From an uncultured Blautia sp. (GTDB taxonomy: Bacteria > Bacillota > Clostridia > Lachnospirales > Lachnospiraceae), in NCBI GenBank assembly GCA_946545425.1, contig CAMNNM010000001.1:1-58523 (forward strand): 58,523 bases of DNA, given 5' to 3'. A program made the translations under genes and the position numbers. Positions 28,385-39,047 of this stretch are shown one piece after another (positions within the stretch are counted from its first letter, which is position 1; each line of letters starts with the position of its first letter). Under the pieces are notes generated by a model, which saw nothing but the letters and a program-made list of their open reading frames with translations, did not search any database and was not told the DNA's origin.

Positions 28385-30384
28385 TTGTTCTGGCTGTACA
28401 GAGCATATACCGCCCGGTCATAACTCTTGCTGAGTGCCTTTCTTGTGGAGCTGTTGCTTCTCTGCACCACGGAAAGACGGTCAAAATCATCCAGCTCCGT
28501 TCCGGAGATGATCAGTGTCGTTGGATTCACATATACCGTATCATACCAGTCGCCGTTCAGCTTTACCTGGCTTGAAGGCGTAAAATTGGTACCGTGCAGA
28601 TAGTAGACATGCTCCGACTCCAGACCCTTCACAATGCTGTCCAGTGTCACATCGTAAAGTCCCATGCGCATGCTGACTCTCTCAAACGGGCTTTCTCCGC
28701 CGTACAGGTATTTTTTTCCGTACAGAAGATCGTACTGGATCATCTCCAGATCGACCTGGTAATTTTTTGTATTCTTCCTTGCCTGATGGTAACGGATCAC
28801 ATTTCCTTCGTGGATGCCGACCCGGTCGAGGATCTCGGCGCCCATCTGGAAGGCGGCGATATTCTCGTCCTGCTTCTTCATCCCGAAATTGTTATAGATC
28901 ACATATTCCGTCTGGAACAGGTAACGGTTCTTCATATCCTCCACGGTAAGATCCATGGTGGGCAGATGATCTCCGTACATCACAAGGATACAGTCTTCGG
29001 GATACTCCTCCAGCGCGTCCACAAGTTCCTGGACAAACTGGTCCATTTCATACATCTGATTTACAAAGTATTCCCACTTGTAATTCATGATCTCGTTCGG
29101 AGCGCCGGTTACGGTGATCACCGGATCCTCAAGAACCGGTTCCGACGGATAGTCGCCGTGTCCCTGAACGGATACGGTGTAAATATAATCCGGACCCTCG
29201 GAGGAATCCAGGCATTTTAAGATCTCGTCTGTCAGGATCTCGTCCTTGATCCAGCCAAGGGGATTTGTATTGTCTTCCTCCGGCATGTATTCACTGGAGG
29301 TAAAAGTATCGAAGCCCAGACGCGGAAAGACCGTACGTCTGGAATAAAAGTTTGCTTCATTGTTGTGCACCGCATGGGTGGAATAACCGAGGTTCTTCAG
29401 AACATACGGGACACTCTCGCAGGTATTTTTCTGCAGGATGCTCTTATATGGATATTCACCAGGCCCGAAATAGTGAAGGCTCATGCCGGTGATGCACTCA
29501 AATTCCGTGTTGGCCGTCCCGGCTCCCACCGAAGGAACCTTGAAATAGCCCGAAGAATATTCTTCCATCAGTCTTCTGAAATTCGGGATCGGGTCCTCCG
29601 AGCACTCCAGATAATTGACCTCCAGCGGGTCCATAAAGGACTCCAGCTGAAGGAAAATGATATTCGGTCTTTTTTCGTTGTTGGTGGCGGGAAGATCTTT
29701 TCCCGAATCGGAGATCCGTTTCATCTCCTCTTCGGAATAGTTGTTCGGCTGGCCGATACCGGTATTGAAAACCGTGGTTGCCAGACAGTATGGATATCCA
29801 TAATCCTCGTAGGCAAAAGCGATATTACCGAAATACTGTGAGAGCACCCGTTTATCGATCGCAAGGCGGGTGACGCCCCAGAATGCGGCAAAGCCTGCCA
29901 GCACCAGGGGAATATTCACCTTTAAAAGCCTCTTTCCGCGGAACCACGGAGACCGGATCAACATGATCAGGAGCAGGAACGCCAGGATTCCAAGCCCGGC
30001 ATAGATTCCCTTGATCGCGACCTCCGGCATGTATTTTTTCAGAAGCGACAGGCCGTCCGTCATGTTTTTGATGTCCGGTCCCGTAAACGGCGTGACACGG
30101 TTCATGAGCAGGATTCCGTCGATCATGGCCAGCAAAAGCCAGAAAACCGTAAGGACCGATCTCCAGAACACCCGTTTTCTGAAAAGATAAACGATCAGAA
30201 AGGTGGTAAAAATGATATACGCATTATAGGCGAATACCAGCGGTCTTTCCGTCATATACTGCCATGTCTGCGTAAAGGATCTTCTGCAGATCCATTCCAC
30301 CACAAAGTACAGCACCCAGCAGTACGCGGCCTGTGCCGGCAGTGAGATCTTATTCAGCACATCATACCATTTCCAGCTTTTCAT
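28360..30384 (-). CDS. LTA synthase family (sulfatase-like phosphoglycerol transferase) membrane protein
   Basis: N-terminal TM helices, PNIIFLQLESF, GTANTEFE, VQGHG.Y, YGDHLP. Confidence 0.88.
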   Translation of the reverse strand: MKSWKWYDVLNKISLPAQAAYCWVLYFVVEWICRRSFTQTWQYMTERPLVFAYNAYIIFTTFLIVYLFRKRVFWRSVLTVFWLLLAMIDGILLMNRVTPFTGPDIKNMTDGLSLLKKYMPEVAIKGIYAGLGILAFLLLIMLIRSPWFRGKRLLKVNIPLVLAGFAAFWGVTRLAIDKRVLSQYFGNIAFAYEDYGYPYCLATTVFNTGIGQPNNYSEEEMKRISDSGKDLPATNNEKRPNIIFLQLESFMDPLEVNYLECSEDPIPNFRRLMEEYSSGYFKVPSVGAGTANTEFECITGMSLHYFGPGEYPYKSILQKNTCESVPYVLKNLGYSTHAVHNNEANFYSRRTVFPRLGFDTFTSSEYMPEEDNTNPLGWIKDEILTDEILKCLDSSEGPDYIYTVSVQGHGDYPSEPVLEDPVITVTGAPNEIMNYKWEYFVNQMYEMDQFVQELVDALEEYPEDCILVMYGDHLPTMDLTVEDMKNRYLFQTEYVIYNNFGMKKQDENIAAFQMGAEILDRVGIHEGNVIRYHQARKNTKNYQVDLEMIQYDLLYGKKYLYGGESPFERVSMRMGLYDVTLDSIVKGLESEHVYYLHGTNFTPSSQVKLNGDWYDTVYVNPTTLIISGTELDDFDRLSVVQRSNSSTRKALSKSYDRAVYALYSQNKWKLKSGT

Positions 30385-30397
30385 TCACTCCTGCTCC

Positions 30398-33049
30398 TTA
30401 TGCCAGATGCGAAAGCTGTGCAAGGACTTTCTCTCTCATTTCCTTATATTTCTCGAGCTTGGCCTTTTCGGCAGCCACCTTCTGTTCCGGTGCCTTGTTC
30501 ACAAATCCGGGATTGTTCAGCATGCCCTCGCATCTTGCGATTTCCTTCGACAGACGTTCTTTCTCCTTTTCAAGGCGTTCCGTCTCTTTTTCGCGGTCCA
30601 CGAGATCCTCCAGCGGCAGATAGACCACCGCGTTGGACACTACGATCGATACCGCATCTGTTCCGATTCCGGTCTTGTCGTTCTGTACATGGAATTCCTT
30701 TGCAAAGGCAAGATTTCCGAAGGCGGGGCTCACAGCCTCGTACATACGGGCGTCCTTCTCGCCGGAAGTAACGATAAATACATTGGTCTTTCTGTTCTGG
30801 GGCACCTGCATGCTGATCCTGCTGTCACGGATGCCTCTGACCACTTCTTTCATGCAGTCCACGGCTGATGCGGCCTCCGGGAAGTCATATTCCGGACGGT
30901 ACACCGGCCAGTCGGCGATCATGATGGATTCCTCTTCCGGAAGAAGCGTACAGTAGATTTCTTCCGTAATAAACGGCATAAAGGGATGAAGAAGCTTGAG
31001 CGCTTCCGTCAGGACGGTCCTGAGGGTCCACAGAGCCTCTCCGCCCGCCTTTTTGTTTTCGTCATAATTCCAGAGACGGGTCTTGACGATCTCGATATAC
31101 CAGTCGCAGAATTCGTCCCACAGGAAATCGTATACCTTGGAAACAGCGATTCCAAGCTCATATTTTTCCATGTTCTCGGTCACTTCGCGGACCACGGAAT
31201 TCAGATGGGACAGGATCCATTTATCCTCCAGGCAAAGATCCTGAAGGTCATCCGGACGCACGCACTCTTTTCCCTCGAGGTTCATGAGAATGAACCGGGA
31301 AGCGTTCCAGATCTTGTTGGCAAAGTTACGGCTGGCCTCCACCTTTTTCCAGGAGAAGCGCATGTCGTTGCCCGGGGCATTGCCGGTCATCAGGGTCAGT
31401 CTCAGAGCGTCGGCTCCGTACTGATCGATGACTTCCAGAGGATCGATGCCGTTTCCGAGAGATTTGCTCATCTTGCGTCCCAGCTCGTCCCGCACCAGTC
31501 CATGGATCAGTACGTGATGGAACGGAACCTCCCCGGTCTGCTCCAGTGCCGAGAACACCATGCGGATGACCCAGAAGAAAATGATGTCGTATCCGGTAAC
31601 CAGGACATCCGTCGGATAGAAATATTCCATCTCAGGAGTCTTTTCGGGCCAGCCAAGGGTTGAGAAGGGCCAGAGGGCCGAGCTGAACCATGTGTCAAGG
31701 GTGTCCTCATCTTGGCGGAGCTTTTCGGCTCTGCATCTGGGGCACATTTTCGGTTTTTCCTTGGCGACCACCATCTCGCCGCACTCCTCGCAATAATAGG
31801 CCGGGATCCGGTGTCCCCACCAGAGCTGTCTGGAAATGCACCAGTCCTTGATGTTCTCGAGCCAGTGCAGGTAGATCTTGTCAAAACGCTCGGGTACAAA
31901 CTGAAGCCTTCCGTCATCAAGGGCCTTGATGGCTTCCTTTGCCATCTCATCCATACGGACGAACCACTGGGGCTTGATCATGGGTTCCACGGTCGTTCCG
32001 CAGCGGTCATGCGTACCGACGCTGTGGCTGTGGGGAACGACCTTCACAAGAAGGCCCAGCTTCTCAAGGTCCGCCACGATGGCTTTTCGGGCCTCATAGC
32101 GGTCCATGCCCGCGTATTTTCCGCCCAGGCTGTTTATGGTGGCGTCGTCGTTCAGGATGTTGATCTCTTCCAGCCCGTGCCGTTTTCCCACTTCAAAGTC
32201 GTTGGGGTCGTGAGCCGGGGTGATCTTGACGCATCCTGTTCCGAATTCTCTGTCCACATAGGCGTCGGCGATCACGGGGATCGTTCTTCCCGTAAGGGGC
32301 AGCTCCAGCATCTTTCCCACAAGATCCTTATAGCGCTCGTCCTCCGGGTTCACCGCCACGGCGGTATCTCCCAGCATGGTCTCCGGACGGGTCGTGGCGA
32401 TCTCGACAAAGCGGCCCTCTTCTCCGACGATCGGATAATTGATGTGCCAGAAAAATCCGTTCTGGTCCTCATGCTCGACCTCGGCATCCGAAATGGAGGT
32501 CTGGCATACCGGACACCAGTTGATGATCCTTGATCCTTTATAGATATATCCTTTTTCGTAAAGGCGGATGAACACCTCCTGAACCGCGGCGGAGCAGCCC
32601 TCGTCCATGGTGAAGCGTTCTCTGTCCCAGTCGGCGGAAGCGCCCAGCTTTTTCAGCTGATTGATGATCTTTCCGCCGTATTCCTTTTTCCATGCCCATG
32701 CATGCTCAAGGAATGCTTCCCTTCCGATCTCGTTCTTGTCGATGCCCTCGCTGCGAAGCTTTTCCGTGACCTTTACCTCGGTGGCGATGGCGGCATGGTC
32801 GGTACCCGGCTGCCAGAGAGCCTCAAATCCCTGCATTCTCTTAAAACGGATCAGGATATCCTGCATGGTTTCGTCCAGCGCATGTCCCATATGCAGCTGG
32901 CCCGTGACATTGGGCGGCGGCATTACGATGGTAAACGGCTTTTTGTCCGGATTCACTTCTGCATGAAAATATCCTTTTTCCATCCACTTCCGGTAGAGGC
33001 GGTCCTCGATCCCGGCGGGATCATATGTCTTCGCAAGTTCTTTACTCAT
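30398..33049 (-). CDS. valS: valyl-tRNA synthetase
   Basis: [34 protein letters not shown]. Confidence 0.97.
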   Translation of the reverse strand: MSKELAKTYDPAGIEDRLYRKWMEKGYFHAEVNPDKKPFTIVMPPPNVTGQLHMGHALDETMQDILIRFKRMQGFEALWQPGTDHAAIATEVKVTEKLRSEGIDKNEIGREAFLEHAWAWKKEYGGKIINQLKKLGASADWDRERFTMDEGCSAAVQEVFIRLYEKGYIYKGSRIINWCPVCQTSISDAEVEHEDQNGFFWHINYPIVGEEGRFVEIATTRPETMLGDTAVAVNPEDERYKDLVGKMLELPLTGRTIPVIADAYVDREFGTGCVKITPAHDPNDFEVGKRHGLEEINILNDDATINSLGGKYAGMDRYEARKAIVADLEKLGLLVKVVPHSHSVGTHDRCGTTVEPMIKPQWFVRMDEMAKEAIKALDDGRLQFVPERFDKIYLHWLENIKDWCISRQLWWGHRIPAYYCEECGEMVVAKEKPKMCPRCRAEKLRQDEDTLDTWFSSALWPFSTLGWPEKTPEMEYFYPTDVLVTGYDIIFFWVIRMVFSALEQTGEVPFHHVLIHGLVRDELGRKMSKSLGNGIDPLEVIDQYGADALRLTLMTGNAPGNDMRFSWKKVEASRNFANKIWNASRFILMNLEGKECVRPDDLQDLCLEDKWILSHLNSVVREVTENMEKYELGIAVSKVYDFLWDEFCDWYIEIVKTRLWNYDENKKAGGEALWTLRTVLTEALKLLHPFMPFITEEIYCTLLPEEESIMIADWPVYRPEYDFPEAASAVDCMKEVVRGIRDSRISMQVPQNRKTNVFIVTSGEKDARMYEAVSPAFGNLAFAKEFHVQNDKTGIGTDAVSIVVSNAVVYLPLEDLVDREKETERLEKEKERLSKEIARCEGMLNNPGFVNKAPEQKVAAEKAKLEKYKEMREKVLAQLSHLA

Positions 33050-33157
33050 GGTTTCCTCCATTAACATGCTGCTGTATCTGTTCCGCTTTTCGCTCCGGGA
33101 CGCCCTGCATCCCGGACCGCCTGCGGCAGGGGGTACAAATGATAATACATTCTAAAT

Positions 33158-33221
33158 ATTTTAGACCAGAATCTGCAGAAATGCAACCTTGATTGCGGTT
33201 TCCGGCATCTTATGGTATACT
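33158..33221. promoter_or_regulatory. divergent promoters for valS (-) and cdd (+)
   Basis: Minus TTGCAT-17-TAAAAT (33186-33158); plus TTGCGG-17-TATACT (33193-33221). Confidence 0.55.
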
Positions 33222-33280
33222 TTGACTAAGTACGGACGTCCTTTAATCATGCATTTGGCACTTTTTTTCAGGAGGTCATT

Positions 33281-33715
33281 ATGACAGACAATGCAGCAGC
33301 CATTCTTATACGCGAAGCCATGAACGCACAGCGGCACGCCTATGTTCCCTACTCCCGTTTCCGGGTCGGGGCTGCCCTTCTCTGCAGCGACGGAACCATC
33401 TATCAGGGGTGCAATATCGAAAACTCCTCCTATGGCGCCGCCAACTGCGCGGAACGCACGGCCTTCTTTAAGGCGGTGTACGACGGACACCGTGATTTTG
33501 ACGCCATCGCCATCGTCGGAAACCACGAAGGCACCGACAAATACGACTACTGTCCGCCCTGCGGCATCTGCCGTCAGGTCATGGCGGAATTCTGCGACGG
33601 TGAGAAATTTCAGGTAATCCTGGCAAGATCCGAGACCGACTACCGGATCTATCCCCTGAAGGAGATCCTTCCCTTCGCCTTTACGCCGAAAAATCTCATC
33701 GGGGACGAAGGGTGA
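33281..33715 (+). CDS. cdd: cytidine deaminase (homotetrameric type)
   Basis: PYSRFRVGAAL, NIEN, CAERTA, PCGICRQ. Confidence 0.95.
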   Translation: MTDNAAAILIREAMNAQRHAYVPYSRFRVGAALLCSDGTIYQGCNIENSSYGAANCAERTAFFKAVYDGHRDFDAIAIVGNHEGTDKYDYCPPCGICRQVMAEFCDGEKFQVILARSETDYRIYPLKEILPFAFTPKNLIGDEG

Positions 33716-33719
33716 CGGC

Positions 33720-35240
33720 GTGCAGACGATGACAGAACCAAAAAGCGCCCCTCTGCTTCCCGAAGAATTTGAAAGAAGGATGCAGCGTCTCCTCGGGGAA
33801 GACTTTTCCGATTTTCTTGCATCCTATGACCGTCCCCGCACCTATGGGCTTCGGGTCAACACCTCCCGGATCTCCCTGGAGGAATTTGAAAAACTGGTGC
33901 CCTTTCCCGTAAGAAGGATTCCCTGGATCTCAAACGGATATTTCTACGACGAGGACGTACGTCCCTCCCGATGCCCGCTGTACCAGGCAGGGCTTTATTA
34001 TCTGCAGGATCCCGGTGCCATGACGCCCGGTTCACGGCTTCCCATAAGGCCCGGAGACCGGGTGCTCGATCTGTGTGCGGCGCCCGGCGGGAAAGCCTGC
34101 GCCGCGGCGGACCGTCTGAAGGGAGAGGGGCTGCTTGTGGCCAACGATATCAGCGCTTCCAGGGCAAAGATCCTTCTCCGTAATCTTGAAATGTGCGGCA
34201 CTGTCAATGCATTTGTTACAAATGAAACGCCCGGACGGCTCCGGGATCAGTATCCCGGCTTTTTTGACCGGATCCTTCTGGACGCTCCCTGCTCGGGAGA
34301 AGGAATGTTCCGGAAAGACGAGGCGCTTCTTAAGGACTGGAGTCCCGGAAAGTCGGACGAGCTGTCCCGTATTCAGAAAGATCTTCTGACCGCCGCCGCC
34401 GATATGCTCAGTCCCGGCGGCACGCTTCTTTATTCCACCTGCACCTTCTCGAGAGAGGAGAATGAAGAGAGCATTCTGCATCTTCTGACCGTCCGGCCCG
34501 ATATGCATCTTGTTCCGCTTGAATGGTATGAGGGTTTCGCGCCCGGCGTCCTCCCGGACACCCCCTCTCCTGAAGCCGTGTCTCTGTCCCTGTGCGCCCG
34601 CATCTATCCTCACCGGATGGACGGCGAAGGACAGTTTCTTGCTCTGCTTCAAAAAGAGGGCGGGGCGCGTTTTGTTCCCGAAAAGGAGGACGCTGCCGCC
34701 TCTGTCCCCTCTCTTTTCTGCCCGCCGGAGACCGTATCTTCCGGCCGGAATAAAAAAGGCGGCAGAAAGAAAAACGCGTCGTTATCCGGCCCGGACCCCA
34801 GAGCGCTCAGCCTTGTCACCGGCTTTCTGTCCGGCATCGGCGCCGGTTCCCTGGGCGGAGCCCCTCTGTCCGTTTCCCGGATAGAGATAAGGGGAGACAA
34901 GGTCTACTATCTTCCTCCCTTACCGGTAACCCCGGCCGGAACGGTATTTCTTCGCAACGGCCTTCTGATGGGGGACCTGAAAAAGGACCGGTTCGAGCCT
35001 TCCGTACAGCTCGCCCTCGCCTTCCGGAGGGGCGAAGTCAAAAGATCCGTCGATCTTCCGGTCGACGACCCGCGTCTTGTACGGTATCTGGCCGGCGAGC
35101 CCATTACCCTCGCCGGGCACGAGGCTTCCGGCGGCAGCGGATGGCACCTGCTTACAGTGGCAGGATACCCTCTTGCTTTCGGAAAAATCACCGGAAATGT
35201 TCTGAAGAACAAATACCCCTCCGGCTGGCGTACCTGCTGA
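33720..35240 (+). CDS. RsmF/NOL1-NOP2-Sun rRNA m5C methyltransferase
   Basis: DLCAAPGGK, LDAPCSGEGMFRK, YSTCTF, KNKYP.GWR. Confidence 0.9.
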   Translation: MQTMTEPKSAPLLPEEFERRMQRLLGEDFSDFLASYDRPRTYGLRVNTSRISLEEFEKLVPFPVRRIPWISNGYFYDEDVRPSRCPLYQAGLYYLQDPGAMTPGSRLPIRPGDRVLDLCAAPGGKACAAADRLKGEGLLVANDISASRAKILLRNLEMCGTVNAFVTNETPGRLRDQYPGFFDRILLDAPCSGEGMFRKDEALLKDWSPGKSDELSRIQKDLLTAAADMLSPGGTLLYSTCTFSREENEESILHLLTVRPDMHLVPLEWYEGFAPGVLPDTPSPEAVSLSLCARIYPHRMDGEGQFLALLQKEGGARFVPEKEDAAASVPSLFCPPETVSSGRNKKGGRKKNASLSGPDPRALSLVTGFLSGIGAGSLGGAPLSVSRIEIRGDKVYYLPPLPVTPAGTVFLRNGLLMGDLKKDRFEPSVQLALAFRRGEVKRSVDLPVDDPRLVRYLAGEPITLAGHEASGGSGWHLLTVAGYPLAFGKITGNVLKNKYPSGWRTC

Positions 35241-35272
35241 GACAAGGTTTTGCAGGAAGGAGCGGGCGGCGC

Positions 35273-38200
35273 TTAAATCTCCCGCGCGCCGCCTCCGCTC
35301 TCCCCGGCCGGAAGCGGAATACATTTTCCAAGCGTGAAGGAATAAATGTATATTTCCTTCACATTTTTCTTTGTAAGCCGGTTCAGCGCACACGCATAAT
35401 CTTCCAGCTGCACATGATACAGATCGATCAGCTTCTGTTCCTGTCCCCTGTGCACAAAATCCGTCTTGTAATCTACAAGCACGATCTCATCCTCTTCCAG
35501 AAAATACGCGTCGATGATTCCCTGTACCAGGACTCCCGTGTCCGCCATCCAGGACGGATCCAGTTCCGAAGCGTTTCTCAGGATCATAAAAGGCTGTTCC
35601 CTGTAAAGCTTTCCGTGAAGTGCGGCATCCTGCATGCGTCTTCCGAGATCTGTTTCCAGAAAGATCCGGATATCTTCTGTACGGATACTGTCTGCCTGCG
35701 GCTTTGTAAGAAGTCCCCGTTCTTCTAAGGCGGCGATCTGACCCGTCAGCTCTTCTTCCCCGGTCTTTGCATAGTCCAGATGCTCCATTACGGCATGATA
35801 CGCCGTTCCCCGCTCGGCTCCCCTGCTTCCTCCGCCGGTCTCCTTTTTCTCGATGAATTCCGGGATCAGAGGGATCACATCCGGTTCGGCCAGAATATTC
35901 TCCTCCAGCTCGGACTCGTCCGCATAGCTCCGCTTTTTGAGCTCCGACACGCTTACCTTTTCAGGAATCAGATCCAGCTCCTCAAAGGGATAGCGGCAGG
36001 AAAACTGCTTATCCAGCGCTTTCCGGATTTCCGGATCATATTCCCGTTCTTCATCCCAATGCTTCAGGATCTCTTCATCAGCAAGACTGTCAAGTTCCTG
36101 CTCCGCCGCTTTCCGGGCCATCTGCGCCGGGCCGATGATCCGGACCACAAAATCCGCCGACGGATCCTGTAAGGCAGGGGAAGGAAAAACACTGCACCCC
36201 GCCTCCGAAAACAGTTCCTGCATGGCATGATGACCCGACAGTGCAGGAAGAATAAAATCCCATCCGTTCCTGGCGCGTCTCCGTACTCTGTATGGAAGCA
36301 GCATCTCACCGCGTCTTCCTGATGCGGCGGCTTTTTCAAGCTCCGCCCCGACATCTTTCATGGTTCCCGTGATGATCAGCTTTTCCTTTGCCCTTGTGAA
36401 GGCGACGTAAAGGATCCGCAGATCCTCTCCCAGTTCTTCGGCGTACATTACATTCCGGATCAGTGTCTTCTGAAGCGTCTTCATCCTGCAGCGAAGATCC
36501 GGAAGCACCGCGTCCATGCCGATTCCAAGATCGGGATGGATCAGTACTCCGGCGTTCACGTCATTAAAATTAAAGCTTTTTCCCATCCCGGCAGCAAATA
36601 CCACAGGAAATTCAAGACCCTTGCTCTTATGGATCGTCATGATGGACACCGCGCCGTCCCCGGCCCCCGACAGATTCGCTTCTCCGAAGTCCACCTCATA
36701 TTTTTTCAGCTGCTCGATGTAACGGATAAAGTTGAAGAGCCCCTTGTAGCTGGTCTTTTCGTACTCTCTGGCTCTTGCGATCAGCATGGAGAGATTGGCT
36801 CTCCTCTGGGCTCCGCCCGGCATGGACGCCGCTGCGTTCCCGAATCCGGTTTCCTTCAGAATCGCTGCGATCAGCTGATGCACCGGAATTGTCATGCTTC
36901 TTTCCCGGAAAGCGTCAAGCTGCGTAAGAAACGTCCGGATTTTCTTCCCTACTGCATCCTTTTCACCGTCTTCCCCGCCATATTTTTCCGAGAAAGCCCG
37001 GATGCTGTCATACAAAAGGCCTTCCGGAAATTCGGCCCGCACGTCTGCCAGCTCGGAAGGAGACAGTTCCGCGAAGGGCGATCTCAGGACGCCCGCAAGC
37101 GGAATGTCCTGTCTCGGGTTGCTGCAGATCTGCAGATAACATAAAAGCGTCTGCACCTCCGCCGCGGAAAAATACCCGGTTCTGGATACGGTGTAAACAG
37201 GGATCCCCTGTTCCTTAAGTACCTCGGCAAAAGTCTCGGCCCAGCCGGTGTAGGTGCGCAGGAGTATCACGATATCCCCATAGCGGATTTCCCGGTATTC
37301 TTTGCTCTTCCGGTCGTAGATTTTCTGTGTGTTCATCAGCTCCCGGATCCGCTGCGCGATCATCAGGGCCTCCGTCTCCTGGGCGCTTTTTCTTTCATTT
37401 CCGCCAGCCGTCTTTTCTTCGCTTTCTTCCGGCCGGTCTCCGGATGCGGCTTCCCGGCCTTCGTCTTCTTTGTGTTCTGCGATCAGGATCTCCGTACGCA
37501 GGTCGCTTTCCTGCGGCGCTTCGGGATAATCCGCTCCGCAGTAAAGGGCCGCCGCATCATCGTAGGTGATCCCGCCCATATCCTTTCCCATAAGGGAACG
37601 AAACAGATAGTTCACACTGCCGAGTACCTCGCTACGGCTTCTGAAATTCATATGAAGATCGATCTTCTGTTCCTGCTCTCCGTTCTCCGGATACCGTTCG
37701 TATTTTTCCATGAAGAGTTCAGGCCGGGCAAGCCGGAACCGGTAGATACTCTGCTTCACGTCTCCTACCATAAAAAGATTCCGGCGTTTTACAGCCCATC
37801 CGGAGACACAGTTCATGATCGTTTCCTGAAGGAGATTGGAATCCTGATATTCGTCGATCATGATCTCCTCGTATTTTTCAGACAGCTCCCGGGCTGCGTC
37901 GGACATCTCCTCCCCGCTCCCGCGAAGGATCTGAAGGGCCAGATGCTCGATATCATTGAAATCCAGCACGTTCTTCTTTCGTTTTTCCCTGCGGAAAGCC
38001 TCCATAAACCCCCTGGCAAGCTCCGAAATGACACAGATCTGCTCTCCGGCCAGGTCCGACAGCTTCATCTGCTGCGCAAAGCTGAGGTCAAACAGGTCGT
38101 TCGCAAGGCTTTTCAGGATTTCCTTTTCTTCCTCCCGGAGCAGCTTTACTTCTTCTTTTTTCCGTGCGTCGCATCCTTCCTTTGTCCTGCTAAAGGCTTT

Positions 38201-39046
38201 GAACTTCAAATTTCGGAGCTCTCCGGCCATCCTGTCAAAGTCCCTGTTCCCGGAACAGGAAAGAAGAGAAGCGCAAAGACCCTTGTCGGATTCGAGCGCG
38301 GGAAGGAGCACCTCCAGTCCGTCTTCCGGATCGGCACACAGATCTTCTGCCTCGGATAAAAGATCTGAAGCGGAAAGAAGCTGTCTTTCTGTCTGTTCCC
38401 AGAGTATTTCATACAATGGCGATCTGCGGAATTCCTCTTCGTCCCGGCACGCATTTGCACAGTGTTCCAGCCATTTCTCCGGGTCCGGGTTGCTCATGGC
38501 CTGATCGTACACCTTCATGATCAGGCTGCTTATGGCTTCGTCATTTTTGCCAGGTGCGGCTAATTCGGCAAACGTCAGGAAGTCGCTGTTTCCTTCCCGG
38601 TACCGTTCTTCCAGGAACGCGTTCATCACATCCTGCCGGAGAAGCTTCAGCTCTCCTTCCTCCCCGATCCGGTACCCGGCGTCCAGGCCGATCAGATGAT
38701 AATAGTTTTTCAGAAGATATGCGCAGAATCCGTCGATCGTGGTGATCTGCGCCGTGTGGACCAGCGTCATCTGTCTCTGCAGGCGTGCATTCTCCGGGTT
38801 GTCATAGATCAGCTGTTCCAGAGCCTCCACGATTCTTCCCTTCATCTCCGCCGCAGCCGCTCTTGTAAATGTCACGACCAGAAGCCGGTCAACATCCACC
38901 GGATTTTTTTCATCGGTGATCTTTTGAATGATCCGCTCCACCAGTACCGCGGTCTTCCCCGATCCCGCGGCGGCGCTGACCAGAAGGTTCCGGCCTCTGA
39001 GGGATATGACCTTCTGCTGATCCTCAGTCCATCTGATCTCTCCCAT
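35273..39046 (-). CDS. addA: ATP-dependent helicase/nuclease subunit A
   Basis: SAAAGSGKT, IDEYQD, GDVKQSIYRFR, TIHKSKGLEF, LVDYKTD. Confidence 0.96.
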   Translation of the reverse strand: MGEIRWTEDQQKVISLRGRNLLVSAAAGSGKTAVLVERIIQKITDEKNPVDVDRLLVVTFTRAAAAEMKGRIVEALEQLIYDNPENARLQRQMTLVHTAQITTIDGFCAYLLKNYYHLIGLDAGYRIGEEGELKLLRQDVMNAFLEERYREGNSDFLTFAELAAPGKNDEAISSLIMKVYDQAMSNPDPEKWLEHCANACRDEEEFRRSPLYEILWEQTERQLLSASDLLSEAEDLCADPEDGLEVLLPALESDKGLCASLLSCSGNRDFDRMAGELRNLKFKAFSRTKEGCDARKKEEVKLLREEEKEILKSLANDLFDLSFAQQMKLSDLAGEQICVISELARGFMEAFRREKRKKNVLDFNDIEHLALQILRGSGEEMSDAARELSEKYEEIMIDEYQDSNLLQETIMNCVSGWAVKRRNLFMVGDVKQSIYRFRLARPELFMEKYERYPENGEQEQKIDLHMNFRSRSEVLGSVNYLFRSLMGKDMGGITYDDAAALYCGADYPEAPQESDLRTEILIAEHKEDEGREAASGDRPEESEEKTAGGNERKSAQETEALMIAQRIRELMNTQKIYDRKSKEYREIRYGDIVILLRTYTGWAETFAEVLKEQGIPVYTVSRTGYFSAAEVQTLLCYLQICSNPRQDIPLAGVLRSPFAELSPSELADVRAEFPEGLLYDSIRAFSEKYGGEDGEKDAVGKKIRTFLTQLDAFRERSMTIPVHQLIAAILKETGFGNAAASMPGGAQRRANLSMLIARAREYEKTSYKGLFNFIRYIEQLKKYEVDFGEANLSGAGDGAVSIMTIHKSKGLEFPVVFAAGMGKSFNFNDVNAGVLIHPDLGIGMDAVLPDLRCRMKTLQKTLIRNVMYAEELGEDLRILYVAFTRAKEKLIITGTMKDVGAELEKAAASGRRGEMLLPYRVRRRARNGWDFILPALSGHHAMQELFSEAGCSVFPSPALQDPSADFVVRIIGPAQMARKAAEQELDSLADEEILKHWDEEREYDPEIRKALDKQFSCRYPFEELDLIPEKVSVSELKKRSYADESELEENILAEPDVIPLIPEFIEKKETGGGSRGAERGTAYHAVMEHLDYAKTGEEELTGQIAALEERGLLTKPQADSIRTEDIRIFLETDLGRRMQDAALHGKLYREQPFMILRNASELDPSWMADTGVLVQGIIDAYFLEEDEIVLVDYKTDFVHRGQEQKLIDLYHVQLEDYACALNRLTKKNVKEIYIYSFTLGKCIPLPAGESGGGAREI

Positions 39047-39047
39047 C

